DNA from: Mobula hypostoma | Taxonomy: Eukaryota | Length of the DNA: 64,000 nt | Assembly (NCBI RefSeq): GCF_963921235.1 | Contig: NC_086097.1 | Location: forward strand, 52,640,001 to 52,704,000 | Direction: 5' to 3' | Shown here: one piece after another, positions 13,960 to 28,900 of the stretch | Numbering within the stretch: the first letter of the stretch is position 1 | Layout of the letters: the number at the start of each line of letters is the position of its first letter | Notes under the pieces: model-generated | Databases searched by the model: none | What the model saw: only the letters and a program-made list of their open reading frames with translations | What the model was told of the DNA's origin: nothing | Translations under genes and position numbers: made by a program

Positions 13960-15760
13960 ACTGACAGTCAAAGATGGCTTTTGCAACTGCAAGCAAGGGC
14001 CAGCAGTGTTTCACAGGAATCAGTGGTGGGTAGCTTGCTGTTTGAGTTCACATTAATTATTTATATGTGAATTTAGGAGGTGTAATTCTTAAGTTTGCAT
14101 ATGACATTAAAACTGGTGGTGCTGTTTATAGTGGGAGTTGCTCTCATTAGTTGTAGAAATTAATGAAGTCGAGCTGTGGATGTTGTCTATGTGGATTTTA
14201 GAAAGGTATTCGACAAGCTATCTTGTGGGAAGCTCAGCCAGAGGATTGAAATCCACAGTGGGCTAACCATTTGGATTTATAACTGGCTTGCACATAGAAC
14301 TTGGAGAATTGTGGTTAATGGCATTTATTCTGGCTGGGAGGTTTATGACTATTAGTGTTCCACAGTGATCTGTTCTAGGACCTTTTCTGTTTGTGATATA
14401 TACCAATGACCTGGATGAAAATGTAAATAAGTGGGTTACTAGGTTTAACGATACAAAGGCTGATGGTGGTGTGGATAGCAAATAAGACTGCCAAAGGATA
14501 CAGCAGGAAATAGTTCAGGTGCAATTATGTGCAGAGAGAGGGTATATAGTCCGTAACCTGGCTGAATGTTAGGTGTTGCACTTTGTGAGATCAAATGTAA
14601 AGAGACAAACACTCATAAAATTACACTATTCATGGCCTTAACAGGAACAGACTGGACAAACAATGTATTATCCAAAATAGGTATTTGCAACCATCTAAAT
14701 TATCGTGGGTGGAATATTTGGAACCAAGCTTTGACAGCTTGCAAAGAACCTGTGAATGGACTTGATTACTTGTATAAGTAAGAATAAACTCCTCAGTGAT
14801 TGCTAACATTAAGGTGGATAGCTCCCCAGGGCCTGATGGAATATAAGCCAGGTCATTGATAGATGCAACAGATGGGGTTGCTGGGGTCCTTGACTGTGCC
14901 CTCCCTAGCCAGAGGCGAGGTCCTGGAGTACTGATGCGTAGCAATCTGCAATGAATGGCTGTTTGATGAGTAGAAAGATTTTGGGGGTCCAAGTCCCTAG
15001 CCATAGGTGAGGTCCTGGAGGATTGACGAGTAACAATCCATAATGAATTGGCTGTTGGAATTGAGAATTGGCTTGCCCTAGAAGACAGAGGTTAGATGTT
15101 GACAGCACTTATTTTGGAGGGATCCTTAACAGTGTTGATGTGCAGAAGGATCTTGGGGGTCCAAGTCCATAACCACCTGAAAATGGCTACACAGGTTGAA
15201 AGGTTGGTAAAGAATGCATGTAACCTTTATTAGTTGAGCAATTGAGTTCAAGAGTCAGGAGGTTATGTTGCAGCTTATGGAACTCAAGTTAGGACAGATT
15301 TGGGATTTCTGCATTCGATTCTTGCACCCCATTATATGAAGGATGTCAAGGCTTTGGAGAGGGTGCAGAAGATGTTTACTAAGATGCTGTCTGGATTAGA
15401 GAGCACGTGTTATAAGGAGAGGTTAGACAGACTTGACTGTTTCCTCTGGAGCAGCAGAGGCTGAGGCAAAATGTGATAGAAGTTTATAAGATTATGAGAG
15501 GCATGGAGTAGGCAGTGTTGAGATGTCTGATACCAGAGGACGTACATTAAAGTGAGGCGTCTAAATTCAAAGGAGATGTGTGTTCTTTTTTCACACAGAG
15601 AGCAGCAGATACCTAGAATGCACTGCCAGGGGGTGTTGGTGGAGGCAAATACCACAGAGGCATTCATGAGGCTCTTAGATAGGTACAGAACTTAGAGGGA
15701 TATGGATAGTGTGCAGGCAGAAGGGATTAGTTTAGTTTAACATTTGATTACTAACTTAGT
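13960..15760 (+). mobile_element. Cluster of degraded CR1 fragments
   Basis: CR1 RT-like and 3' UTR sequence similar to 5150-5885 and 54060-55600. Confidence 0.7.
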
Positions 15761-16286
15761 TAATGCACTCCTCTACGTTCTATGTTAATCTCATTTTACA
15801 AATTGCACACAATTGCAACAAAGCAATCGCAACAGACATGCTACACAATAAAGGTTCCGTAACACTCACTAACATGTTCTCGCTTGTAAGTTGTGTCAGC
15901 CCAAAGCTGCTGACAGCAGCACAAGCTGACACTTTGTTGGAAGCAGTAACACCTCATTTTCCAGAAATGAAACAGACTTGCCATAATGGGAATGACCGTG
16001 GAAAAGTTCTACAGAGTTGTTATTATCCTCATAGCTAATTCTCCATCCCACATTCCACAATGTCCCTCATCGTTAAACCTCATGAATTTCAAGCTAAGGT
16101 TTCCATCTGAACTGAGCCTAGCTTAGCATTACCTGAACAGTAACGGAACAAAATTGAACTGTAATTTAGCGCTTACATCTGGCTGCCGAAGATCTGACAC
16201 TTTGTTAACTTGTGAATCACTACACGACTCATCAATCATATGGCCTGCAGCTGCAAACTGTGCCCAGACAGCCATTTCTCCAGAGA

Positions 16287-17713
16287 GCACACATCAAAGT
16301 TGCTGGTGAACGCAGCAGGCCAGGCAGCATCTCTAGGAAGAGGTGCAGTCGACGTTTCGGGCCGAGACCCTTCGTCAGAACTAACTGAAGGAAGAGTTAG
16401 TAAGAAATTTGAAAGTGGGAGGGGGAGGGGGAGATCCAAAATGATAGGAGGAGGGGGAGGGATGGAGCCAAGAGCTGGACAGTTGATTGGCAAAGGGGAT
16501 AAGAGAGGATCATGGGACAGGAGGCCCAGGGAGAAAGACGGGGGTGAGGCAAACCCAGAGGATGGACAAGGGGTATAGTCAGAGGGACAGAGGGAGAAAA
16601 AGGAGAGTGAGAGAAAGAATGTGTGTATAAAAATAAATAACGGATGGGGTACGAGTGGGAGGTGGGGCATTAGCAGAAGTTAGAGAAGTCAATGTTCATG
16701 CCATCAGGTTGGAGGCTACCCAGACGGAATATAAGGTGTTGTTCCTCCAACCTGAGTGTGGCTTCATCTTTACAGTAGAGGAGGCCGTGGATAGACATAT
16801 CAGAATGGGAATGGGATGTGGAATTAAAATGTGTGGCCACTGGGAGATCCTGCTTTCTCTGGCGGACAGAGCGTAGGTGTTCAGCAAAACGATCTCCCAG
16901 TCTGCGTCGAGTCTCGCCAATATATAGAAGACCACATCGGGAGCACCAGACGCAGTATATCACCTCAGTCGACTCACAGGTGAAGTGTTGCCTCACCTGG
17001 AAGGACTGTCTGGGGCCCTGAATGGTGGTAAGGGAGGAAGTGTAAGGGCATGTGTAGCACTTGTTCCGCTTACAAGGATAAGTGCCAGGAGGGAGATCAG
17101 TGGGGAGGGATGGGGGGGGACGAATGGACAAGGGAGTCGCGAGGGAGCGATCCCTGCGGAAAGCGGGGGTGGGGAGGAAAAGATGTGCTTAGTGGTTGGA
17201 TCCCGTTAGAGGTGGCGGACATTTTACTTCCACATCCCATTCCCATTCTGACATGTCTACCCATGGCCTCTTCTACTGTAAAGATGAAGCCACACTCAGG
17301 TTGGAGGAACAACACTTTATATTCCGTCTGGGTAGCCTCCAACCTGATCATTCACTTCTCCAACTTCCGCTAATGCCCCACCCCATCTGTTATTTGTCCC
17401 GTCCCCCCCCCCCGTCTTTCTCCCCGGACCTCCTGTCCCATGATCCTCTCGTATCCCTTTTGCCAATCACCTGTCCAGCTCTTGGCTCCATTCCTCTCCC
17501 TCCTGTTTTCTCCTATCATTTTGGATCTCCCCCTCCCCCCTTCCACTTTCAAATCTCTTACTAACTCTTCCTTCAGTTAGTCCTGACAAAGGGTCTCGGC
17601 CTGAAACGTCGACTGTACCTCTTCCTAGAGATGCTGCCTGGCCTGCTGCTTTCACCAGCAACTTTGATGTATGTTGTTTGAATTTCCAGCATCTGCAGAC
17701 TTCCTGTTGTTTG
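16287..17713. mobile_element. Second inverted-repeat PLE insertion (GIY-YIG end plus termini)
   Basis: The - arm 16287-17219 contains the GIY-YIG ORF (16670-17131); the + arm spans 17220-17713. 14-bp TSD catttctccagaga at 16273-16286 and 17714-17727. Confidence 0.9.
16347..16382 (-). ncRNA. Minimal hammerhead ribozyme
   Basis: AGUU-CUGACGA-AGGGUCUCGGCCC-GAAAC-GUC-GACU on the - strand. Confidence 0.7.
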
Positions 17714-20159
17714 CATTTCTCCAGAGAATAAGTTGTACATTGGTAGGTCTGACAGAAAACACACCTGCATTGTCAAAGAGTGTGCAAAATTTTGGCAAGA
17801 ACCTTAACAGCTTAGAGCCTATTTAAATCAGAATAGTCGGTAAATCTGATTTACACTTTGGATTCAAATATGTGGCCAACATTTTAGGAGACGGGAACAA
17901 CCAAGCCGTGTTTCTAATGAGAGTAGGTGTTGTGGGACGTGATAGTGAGGGTTATATCAAAAGGCACACCTTCAATTGGTGAATCAGAAGAGAACGTGGA
18001 TGAGTGAAAAATGGGGTGTGAGAAGGGTTATTTGTAATGTCGTTATTAGCATCTTCATGGATTCAGTCTTGCAATTGACCGCAGACTGACCACTGGCTGC
18101 AGTAATTATTGTAAGCACGATACTCCCAATCTAGGTAAAAGAAGCGGCCACAACATTAAACACTCACCTTGCAAGGTAGAGATATAAGCACATGAGTAAG
18201 TATTGTTTGGTGTTTGCATCGTGTGCCTATCAAATGCAAGCTGTGAGATGTTTGTGAGAGGATTATAGCAATGCTCTATTTGAGAGACTGTAGTGAAACA
18301 AGAGAAAATTCAGTGCAAAGCTGATTGAAATACGTTATTTGTAGGAAAATGAAGGGGATGAAGTGTTTTGAGCAATGGCTGAATGTGGATTAGCATTTTA
18401 TATAATTCTTTATTTAACATGCTAGTAGAAGAATTGAGGGTGTTGGCACTATTTAAAAGACGCAAAATAAATATCTCCCAATTTAGAGAAATGAGCTATA
18501 ATCAGAAGTGGTGGACAGTATGGAGAAGCTGCTTGAAAATCAGTGATTATTTTGACAGAGAACAGATGTTCTGTTTCCTGACATTTCTCTTAACTTATTA
18601 GGAGTTAAATCTTTTTAATGATGAAGAAAATTTAAATTAGATTCTTAGGTTTATCAATGAAGAAAGGCATTGTCTCTTTCAACATTGAATAACACCTAAT
18701 TAAATGTTAGTCACTGTATATCATTTATATTGTTTGTTACTGATTTGCAGTACAAAGCACTTGTCATAACAATGTGGTTTAGAAAGTTTACAGACAGATA
18801 TTCTAAGAAAACATTACAAATCAATTCATTAACCTGCAACAGAAGTAAAGAAACTTTAACTTTACTAAACTTTAGAAGTCAGCTTTCTCACATTTCCATT
18901 CCATGACACCCTTTGAAGAGAAACATTTTTTTTCCCTAAAGATGTTTACATTACTACCCTCTTTTGTATGATTAAAGTCATGGTCTGGTCTTTATCAAAT
19001 TACGGTATTGCTTTGCACTGTTGTAACTATATGTTATAATTATGTGGTTTTTGTCAGTTTTTGTCAGTTTTAGTCTTGGTCTGTCCTGTGTTTCTGTGAT
19101 ATACTGGAGGAACATTGTATCATTTCTTAATGCATGCATTTCTAAATGACAATAAATGAGAACTGAGCGTCCTCATGAGTGTCCTCATAATCTAATTTTC
19201 ATATTTTACAATTTCGCCTTTCCCTCCAAATCAAAGAGGCAGCTAAGGAAAACCATGTGAATCAAAACTGTATTTGCCTCTTCATGGGATAGATCCTTTT
19301 GTCTGCCCTATTCAGCAACTCCCTAATATATTGACAATATCACAGGGGCTGCTTCCTGCTCTTGAACAAAGGTTAGAGGTTTCATTGCCATCTCTGCAAG
19401 TCTCCATTCGGTTCTCAATTTCACGTGATCCATGCCTGACTCTTCCTTTCCCTTTCTTGGCATCTCTGTCTCCAGTGACCATTACCCAAATGCAAACCTG
19501 GATATCTGGTGCAACCTGCTTTCTATGAGAACTCCATTCCTTTCACCTTCCACATCGTTGCCTCTGTGGTGCCTTTCTTTTCCCTAAATGCAATTTCCCA
19601 TCATTTCCCACACTTCTGCTCTCATCTCCTCTCCTCACATTCAGAGCCAGCACCAAGCTCATCTTGTTATACTCCCCCTTAAGCATTCAATCCATTTGCA
19701 TTGCAATTCCTTCAACTCCTGTAAAACTAACGCTCTGTTCCAAAATGGCTTCCCATTCAATCAGTGAAGGTGCAAAACTTGACAATTTACCTGCTGGGAC
19801 CCAAATATTCCTTCCAACTAAAACAGAGGGTCTATTGTATTTCTTCTACTTTATTATAGAACATTGGTGAAATCAAACCCAGACTGGATATCTGCTCTGC
19901 AAAGCACTTCTTTTTTGTTTGTATGAGTGAATCTAAGATTCCAGTTGACTGTCTCTATCACTGTCCTTTCCACTCTTTTCTGATTTGATCTTTTGCACGT
20001 TAAATTCAAGGAATAGCAACTTCTGTCCGTACTGGTTTCAATAAAGTCCTCAGGACTCAACATGGAATTCAGCGATTCCAAATAATCTGCTTTTTTAATT
20101 TGCATCAGATCTGGTGCTGTGTTGATGAAAGGTCAGCAACTTAGAATGTTTTGCAGCCT

Positions 20160-20900
20160 CACTGCCACAAGCTGCCCACTCCCTCACCTCCATTCAGGGC
20201 TCAAAACATCCTTCCAGGTGAAGCAACACTTCACCTGTGAATCTGCTCTGGTCATCTATGGTGTCCAGTTCTTCTGATGTGGCCTTCTCTACATTGGTGA
20301 GACCTATTGTAAATTGGGGAACCGTAAATTGGTGCATCGAGCATCTCCTCTCCTTCTGCCACAAGCAGAATGTCCTGGTTGCCAAACATTTTAATTTCCT
20401 ATTCCAACATGTCTGTCCATGACCTCCTCTTGTGCAAGAGAAGAGGCCACCCTCGGATCAATACCTTATATTCTGTCTGGATAGCCTCCAACCTGATGAC
20501 ATGAATATCGATTTCTCCCTCTGATAAAAAAAAATTCCCCCCTTTTCTCTATTCCCCACTCTGACCTTTTACCTCTTCGCATGTGCCTATTAATTCCCCC
20601 TGGGTCCCCTCCTCCTTCCCTTTCTTCTATGATCCATTCTCCTCTCTGATCCGATTCCTTCTTCTCTAGCCCTTGACCCACCTGGCTTCACCTATCACCT
20701 TCCAGCTAGCCTCCATCCCCTCCACCACCTTTTTATTCTGTTGTCTTCCCCCTTTCTTTTCAGTCCTGAAGAGGGGTCTCAGCCCGAAATGGCGACAGTT
20801 TATACATTTCCATTGCTGCTGCCTGGCCAGCTGGGTTCCTCCGGCATTCTGTGCGTGTTGCTTTGGGTTTCCAGCATCTGCAGACTTTCTTGTGTTTATG
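20160..20900 (+). mobile_element. Old degraded Neptune-type PLE 3' fragment
   Basis: Diverged homolog of 33120-33888 with a degenerate hammerhead near 20762-20797. Confidence 0.7.
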
Positions 20901-21504
20901 TTTATTCCATCGTTGGCTCACCACCTCTGATGCATATCTGGCTGAGCTTTGCCAGCAGTCTACAATTTTATTTTAGATTCAACAGTCTCACAGCACCAGA
21001 GGCAGTTCAATCCTGACTTTGGGTTCTGCACAGAGCTAGCACATTCACAATGGGGCGAGATGGGTTTCCTCAGGATGCTCTAGTTCCCTCTCAAATTCCA
21101 AAAATGCGCAAGTTGGTAGCATAGCGGGCCGTTGTAAATTACATAGAAGCTGCAGGTAACTGACAGAATGGGTGGGGGGAGTCGGTCAATGAGAATGAAG
21201 GAAGAACATTAAAACTAAAATGGGCTGCATTAAGATTAGTATAAACAAGTGACTCACAGTGTCAACAGGTGGAAGTGCCTGCTTCTGTGTTGTATCTCTT
21301 TGAATTTAGAGACACAATGCTGATACTTCCTAGAAGACAAATATAATTCAGGGCACACCTTTTTAAGGTGATTGGAAGAACACCTAGGGGAAATGTTAGA
21401 GTGGAGAGTACCTGGAATGCCTGGCTTGTAAGTTTTTTTTACACAGAGAGTGGAGGGTAGCTGGAATTCTATGCTTTATCTCCCCATGAATCAAAATCAA
21501 ACAT

Positions 21505-22430
21505 ACTGTCCCTTTGCCATCTCCAAAGAGATCCTACCACTAAGCACATCTTTACTTCCCTCACTCCCCACTGTCTGCTTTCTGCAAGGATCGCTCTCTC
21601 TGTAATTCCTTCAGCAATTCATCCCTCCCACTAATCTCCCTCCGGCACTTAGCCCTGCAAGCTGACAAAGTGCTATACCTGCCCATTCACCTCCTCTTTC
21701 ACCTACATTCAGGGCCCCAACCAACCTTCCAGGTGAGGCAATATTCTCCCAGGTGAACCTGCTGGGGTCGTCTACTGTATCTGGTGCTCCCAATATGGCT
21801 TCCCCTATAGTGTTGAGACCTGGGACCACTTCGTTAAGCACCTCTGCTCAATCTGCCAAAAGCGGAACTTGCCGGTGGCCGAACATTTCAATTCCCATTC
21901 CCATTCTGACATGTCATGTCGGTCCATGGCCTCCTCTTGTGCCATGATGAGGCCACCCTTGGGTGGAGGAGCACCTCCTTATATTCCATCTGGGTAGCCT
22001 CCAACCCGAAGGCATGAACATTGATTTTTCCTTTTGGTAAAAAAAAATTCCCCCCCTTCCCCTGTTCTTCTATTTCCCACTCTGGCCTCTTACCTATTCT
22101 CACCTGGCTATCGCCTCCCTCCTGGTGCCCCTCCTTCTTTTCTTTCTCCCATGGTCCACTCTCCTCTCCTATCAGATTCCTTTCATGCCCATCCCTTTAT
22201 CTTTCACACCCACCTAGCTTCATCCGTCACCTTCTAGTTAGCTCTCTCCCCAACCCCCACCATTTTATTCTGGTTTCTTCCCCCTTCCGTTCCAGTCACG
22301 AAAAAAGGGCCCAGCCAGAAAAGTCAGCTGTTCGTTTCCATGGATGCTCTTTGCCCTGCTGAGTTCCTCCAGCATTTTGTGTGTGGTGCTTTGGATTTCC
22401 AGCATCTTCAGAATTTCTTGTGCTTATGAT
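21505..22430 (+). mobile_element. Old degraded Neptune-type PLE 3' fragment
   Basis: Diverged homolog of 32930-33888. Confidence 0.7.
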
Positions 22431-22699
22431 TCTGTTCTTTAATCAGTGAAGGAAAAGTACTTATAAACAAGAAGTCTGAAGTCCACTTTTGAAATCTCTG
22501 ATGATAGGATCTCTTGACCAACAGAGCTGTTATGCCTTTTCAGGAATAATCTCAGTCCCGAACTCATAACCACATAAATGTGCTCACCAAGCGCCACCAT
22601 TGGTTTTGGTTCTGCCATTTCCCCATCTTCATAGGCTGCCTCTCCAGGCTGAGAATGATTTGTTTCTATTCTAGGTATTTGATATTTAACAAGAAAAAA

Positions 22700-25510
22700 G
22701 TGAAATCCACAGATGCTCCCACTTCTCCCATTGATGACCGGCGCACCACCAAGAAGCTCCGACCTAAACCATCAAACACTCCCGTTTCAGTCTGCTACAT
22801 CTAAGGTAGGTACAGTTGGTAACATTGTGTTTTAATACGATTAAAAATTAATCGCTACTTAAATCGACAGAACTCGAACGGATTCTGGTCACGGTTCCCC
22901 TTTAAGAAAGCGGAAGCGGGGATGCCGAGTTGGTTTATAAATTTATCTGAGGAAACGGGGCTTCCGAACAGGGCTTGCTGGCAAATGTAGTCTCTGATAA
23001 ATAAAATCGAAGATCTCAGGGCTAGAGCGCTGTGCCAGAGGGACATTAGGACCAGTTGCAGCTTTCTGTTTCACGGAATCTTATTTAACCCCTTCCATTC
23101 CGAAGGCAGCGATTCAACTTGATGGGTTCACAATACACCAAGATAGGACTGCCGAGGCAGAGGAAGTGGAGTATGCTTCATGATCAGTTCCTCGTGGTTA
23201 CAAACGTGGCGATTCTGCCCCAATCCTGGAACACCTCGCGGTCAAGTGCCGTCCATTCTATCTGCCGCGGGAGATTTTGGCCATCATCTTGGTAGCGGTG
23301 TACGTTACACCTCAGGCTGGTGTCAAACAGGCTCCAGACGAACTGAGTGATGTAATCAACCGGCATGAAACAGCGCATCCCGACGCCTTCCCCTTCATTT
23401 TGGGGGACTTGAACCAGGGCAGCTTGAAGAAGACTCTAAATAATTATTATAAGCAAATCACTTTTAGTACCAGAGGGAACAACATAGTGGACTACTGTTA
23501 CTATACTATGCCGTTTATCGTGCTGTGCCTCGTCCACACTTTGGTAAGTCTGATCACCTAGCTGTACTTCTACTCCCTGAGTATAGACAGAGACTGAAGA
23601 CTGCAGCACCTGTAGTGAGGACCAAGCAGGCATGGACAAGGAAGCCCTATCACAAGCAAGAGGGAGTCCGGAGATGCTGGAAAACCAAGCAACACATATA
23701 AGATGCTGGAGGAAATCAGCAGACCAGGCAGCACCTATGGAAAAGAGTATAGTCGACATCTGGGGCCAAAATTATACTCTTTTCCTTAGCTACTGCCTGG
23801 TCTGAAGGATAAAGGAGGCACAGGAGTGCCTGCCGGTCTGCTTAGAATCAGGTGAACTGGACTGATTTCAGGGAATCATCCTCGAGTTTGAATGAGTATG
23901 CCTCAGCTGACAGACTTCATTAAAACTTGTGTGGATGAGTGTGTGCCTACGAGAACTTACTGTATACCGTATACCCAAATCAAAAGCTGTGGATGAACCA
24001 GGAGGTTCGTATTCTGCTGGGGACTAGATTTGTGGCATTTAAGTCTGGTGACCCAGGTCTGCAAAACCAGGTATGACATGCAGAGGGCTATTTCAAAATT
24101 TATGGAACAATTCTGATCGAGGTTGGAGGCGACATTGGATGCATGTCAACTCTGGCAGAGTTTACAGGCCATTAATTACTACAAGGTGAAAGCTAACACC
24201 ATAAATGGCCATGATGCTTCACTCCCAGATGAGCTCATTGCCTTTTATGCTCGCTTTGAAAGGGAGAAGAAAACTACAGCTATGAGGTTCCCTGCAGCAC
24301 CTGGTGACCCTGTGATCTCTGTCTCAGAGACTGACGTCAGGCTGCCTTTCAAGAAGATGAGCCCCCACAAGGCGACAGGCCCCAATGGAATACCTGGTAA
24401 GGCTCTGAAAACTTGTGTCAACCAAATGGCAGAGGGTGTTCTAAGGTATTTTCAATGTCTCATTGCTACAGTTGGAAGTTCTCACCTGCTTCAAAAGGGC
24501 AACAATTATACAAGTGTCCAAGAAGAGCAGGGTGACCTTCCTTAATTGACTATCATCCAGCAGCCCTTGTATCAATGATGATGAAGCGCTTTGAGAGGTC
24601 CATTATGGCTAGAATTAACTCCTGTCCCATCAAGACTGGACCCAATTTGCCTATCACCACAACAGATCAACAGTGGACACGATCTCATTGGCTTTTCATG
24701 CGGCCTTGGATCACCTGGACAATACTAATACCTATGTCAGGATGCTGTTTATTGACCACAGCTTGGTGTTTAACACAATCATTTGTACAATTCTGATTGA
24801 AAAGCTCCAGAACCTAGGCCTATGTACCTCCCTCTGCAACTGCATCCTTAACTTCCCAAATGGAAGATCACAATCTGTACGGATCAGAAACAACATCTCC
24901 ACCTTACCGACAATCAACACTGGCACATCACTGCTCTACTCTCTCTACACACATGACTGCGTGGCTAGGCAGAGATCAAATGCCATTTATAAACTTGCTG
25001 ACGATACAACTATTGTTGGCAGAATTTCAGATGGTGAAATGGGGCCGGGGGTGGGCTACTGCACAGCATGGAAGTAAACTGCAGAGAGTTGTAAGCTTCC
25101 AGCTCCATCATGGGCACTAGCCCCCATAGTATCCAGAACGTTCTTCAAGGAGCGATACCTCAAAAAGGCAGCGTCCATCATGAAGGATATCCACCCCAAG
25201 GAAATGCCCTTTTCTCATTGCTACCATCAGCAAGGAGGTACAGAAGCCTTAAGGTACACACTCAATGATTCAGGAACAGCTTCTTCCCCTCTGACATCTG
25301 ATTTCTGAATGGACATTGAACCCATGAACACTATCTCACTTTTTAAAAATTTCTTTTTTTGCACTATTTAACTAACTTAATGTACTGTATATATGCTCAC
25401 TGTAATTCACATTTTTTCCTATTGTTATGGTTTGCATTGTACTGCTGCCACAAAGTTAACAGATTTCATGACATATGCTGGTGACATAAAAGCCGATTCT
25501 GATTCTAATT
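22700..25510 (+). mobile_element. Degraded Rex1/Babar-like LINE (AP endonuclease + RT), interrupted by a short repeat at about 23650-23810
   Basis: Remnants [67 protein letters not shown]; 3' tail gattctgattct. Confidence 0.8.
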
Positions 25511-26931
25511 TCCAACACTCTCCTTATCTTCGTGGATAGTGCCCAGTCATCCATCAGTTTGTATTTTGTAGAAGCACTAAAACTGAACCTTTGCAATTAC
25601 CTGTTCTTTATCTTCTACCCTTCTTGAATAATGGGACACATTTGAGGTTTCTTTTTAATCCACTGTGTCCTTTCTGGAACACTTCCAGGAAGCCAAGGTT
25701 CTCTGCAATCCAGTGGACCATGAGCTCATTGGGACAAGTCCTTGCTGGAAGGAGCACTTTGAAAAAGGCGTCAGCAGATTCTCTATATTTAACTTAAGTG
25801 TTCCACTTCGAACTAACTATAAAACAACGAAGTAGGAACAATCCCCTATTAGGTTCTTCAACATGATGGAAAAGTGCTCGAGTCCATAATTTCTTTATCT
25901 TCATTCAGTAAGCATGTCATCTAGTTATCTTGATTATCGTCAAGGAAGTTTCGAAGTGCCCCTCCCAGAGGTGCAATGCTGATTCTGTTACAAAACACAA
26001 TGAACATTTATTTCACAGTGCAACGAAGTCCCAGGAAAATGCCAGAAGCATTGCAAGTCACTGCCCAAAGCCCTTTTTGACTTCACAAAAGCCTTGGACA
26101 TCATTAACCAAAAAAGTGGAGAATCGTTAAGATCGTTGCAACTCATTGCAAGCTTCTCTATGCAGATCGACACATTACTTTTGTTATAACTGTTCTACTC
26201 TTTTAAATATAAATTCTGTGTCTATCTCAATGCACTGTTGCAATGAATTACTTTTTTATGAACTGTATGCAGAACAAACCTTTCTCTATACCCCAGTACA
26301 CATGACAATAATAAGCAATTTACCAACTTACATTCTTATGGGATAGAAAATTCCAAAGATTCATCAATTTGGGAGTGAAGGTATTTCTCCTTTTCTCAGT
26401 CCAATTCTGAAACTCTATCTACATCCCTGGTCCTAGATTTCTCAGTCATGGGAAATGTCTTTCCTCCCTGTGGCCAAAGTCCTTTAACAATTTTCTCCTG
26501 TCAATAGAATCTCTTCTCATTCTTTTAAACTCAGAAAAATACAGTCCCAATCTATTTTCATGGAGCAAACATCCCATTCCAGGAACATCTACTGATTTTT
26601 TTTTCCATACTATGTTTCTCAAAACTATCTGCAATATCCACGTGCTATTTTTACAGATTTAATTACAAAAAGCCTTATTGAAACCTTTTCACAATAAAGG
26701 CAAACATTCCATTTACGTTCCTCATCTTCATCCCTTACTGCTCCTGCACATTGGTCCTGGATTTAACTCTCTTTCAATCTCAAGACAATTTCTCATCATT
26801 TAACAAATACTCATTTTTTCTGTTATGTGCACCTAAATGGCTGACTGCCTTATATTTTTATATTGTTCCATTTACCACGCTCTCAATCACTCACTCAGCT
26901 TGCATCTTCTTGGAGCCTCTTTTACTATATC

Positions 26932-27760
26932 CAAAGTTCAAAGTAAAATTTATTATCAGAGTACATACATGTTAAAACATACGACCCCGAAATTCTTTTT
27001 CTCTGGGCATACTTAGCAAATCTAGAAAATAGTAACTGAAAACAATGGACAGCAAACTGTGCAAATGGAGAAATAAATGAAGAGCAATAAATAGCAAGCA
27101 TGAAATTACGAATGAAAAGAGTCCTTAAGTGAGTGTAGTTATCCCTTTTTGTTCAGGAGCCCGATGGCTGAGGGGGTAGTAACTGTTCTTGAACCTGATG
27201 GTGCGAGTCCTGAGGCACCTGTATCTTCGACCTGATGGCAGTAGTGAGTAAACCCTGTGTGGTGAGGATGATGGATGCTGCTTTCCTACAGCAACATTTC
27301 ATGTAGATGAACTCAGTGGTTGGGAGGGTTTTACCTGTGATGTACTGGGCCGAATCCACTACCTATTGTAGGATTTTACACAAAGATTTTGGCATTCCCA
27401 TCCAGGCCATAATGCAGCCAATCAGCACACTTTCCACCACATATCTATCGAAGTTTGCCAAGGTTTTTGATGGCATGCCAAATCTCTGCATGTTCCTGAG
27501 GAAGTAGAGGCACTGTTCTGTTTTCTTCACAATTATATTTATATGATGGGTCCAGGACAGGTCCTCTGAGATAGTGACACCCAGGAATGTAAAGTTACTG
27601 ACCCTCTCCACCTCTGATCCCCCAATGATTACTGGCTCATAGACCTCTGCTTTCCCTCTCCTGAAGTCGACAATCAGTTTCTTGGTCTTTGTTATTACAC
27701 CACTCAGCCACATTTTCAATCTCCTTTCTATACTTCTGATATAGTAATCCTCTTGCTTAC
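26932..27760 (-). mobile_element. Rex1/Babar-like LINE 3' fragment
   Basis: KTKKLIVDFRR..ERVSNFTFLGVTISEDLSW. Confidence 0.75.
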
Positions 27761-28142
27761 TCACTAATAGTTCACTATCATCAGCAAATTGGATTTTGAA
27801 ATTTTGTTTCTCGAAACAAATTATTGATACTACTGTGAAAAGCTGGAGCCCAAGCACTGAACTATGCAGTACCCTATTAGACTAGTCTGCCAACCTGACA
27901 ATGATCCATTTATTCCAACTTTTTGAAGTTACCAAAAGCATTATGGAGCAAATCCATTTAGTAAGAAGAAACAATCTGAGTTTCCAGTTGACTGCTTTTA
28001 AAATTCTCTATTCTAAACTTAATCTGAACTGTCTGCATCAATTGGAGCCTTCAGCACTCAATAATGAATTCAACAATTTCAGGTATGTCCTTTCTCTATT
28101 TATATTAGAATTACCCAGTCTTGTCCAACTATCCATCTGTAT

Positions 28143-28900
28143 TATAAGATATGGGAGCAAAATTAGGCCATTTGGCCCATCGGGTCTGCTCTAACATTTC
28201 ATCACGGCTGATCCATTTTTCCTTTCAGTCCCAATTTCCTGCCTTCCCCCCATATTCCCTTTGTGCCATGACCAATCAAGAATCTATCAACCTTTGCCTT
28301 AAATACACATATGGACTTGGCCTCCACGGCCACCTGTGGCACTGGATTCCACAGATTCACCACTCTCTGGATAAAGAAATTCCTCCTCATCTCTGTTCTA
28401 AAAGTACACCCTTCTATTTTGAGGCTGTGTCCTCTATTCCTAGACTCTCCCACCATAGGAAAGGTTCTCTCCACATCCACTCTACAAAGGCCTTTCAACA
28501 TTTGATAGGTTTCAATTCAGTCACTCCTCATTCTTCTGAATTCTAATGAATACAGACCCAGAGCCATCAAACACTCTCCGTAAGATAAGCTATTCAATTG
28601 TGCAATTATTTTTGTGAACCTTCTTTGCACCCGCTCCAACATCAGCACATCCTTTCTCAGATAAGGGGTTCAAAACTGCTCACAATACTCCAAGTGAGGC
28701 CTCACCAGTGCTTTATAAGGCTTCAATATTGCATCCTTGCTTTTATATTCTAGTCTTCTTGAAATGAATGCCATATTTGCCTTCCTCACCACAGACTCAA
28801 CCTGCCAATTAAGCTTTAGGAAATTCTACACAAGGACTCCCAAGTCCCTCTGTACCTCAGATTTTTTGAATTTTCTCTCTATTTAGAAAATAGTCTACCC
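28143..28900 (-). mobile_element. CR1 3' fragment
   Basis: RVDVERTFPMVGESRNRGHSLKI..RRNFFIQRVVNLWN. Confidence 0.8.

Noticed and set aside
22700..23350. CpG-rich patch as a host gene promoter
   Set aside because: It translates to LINE AP-endonuclease remnants.
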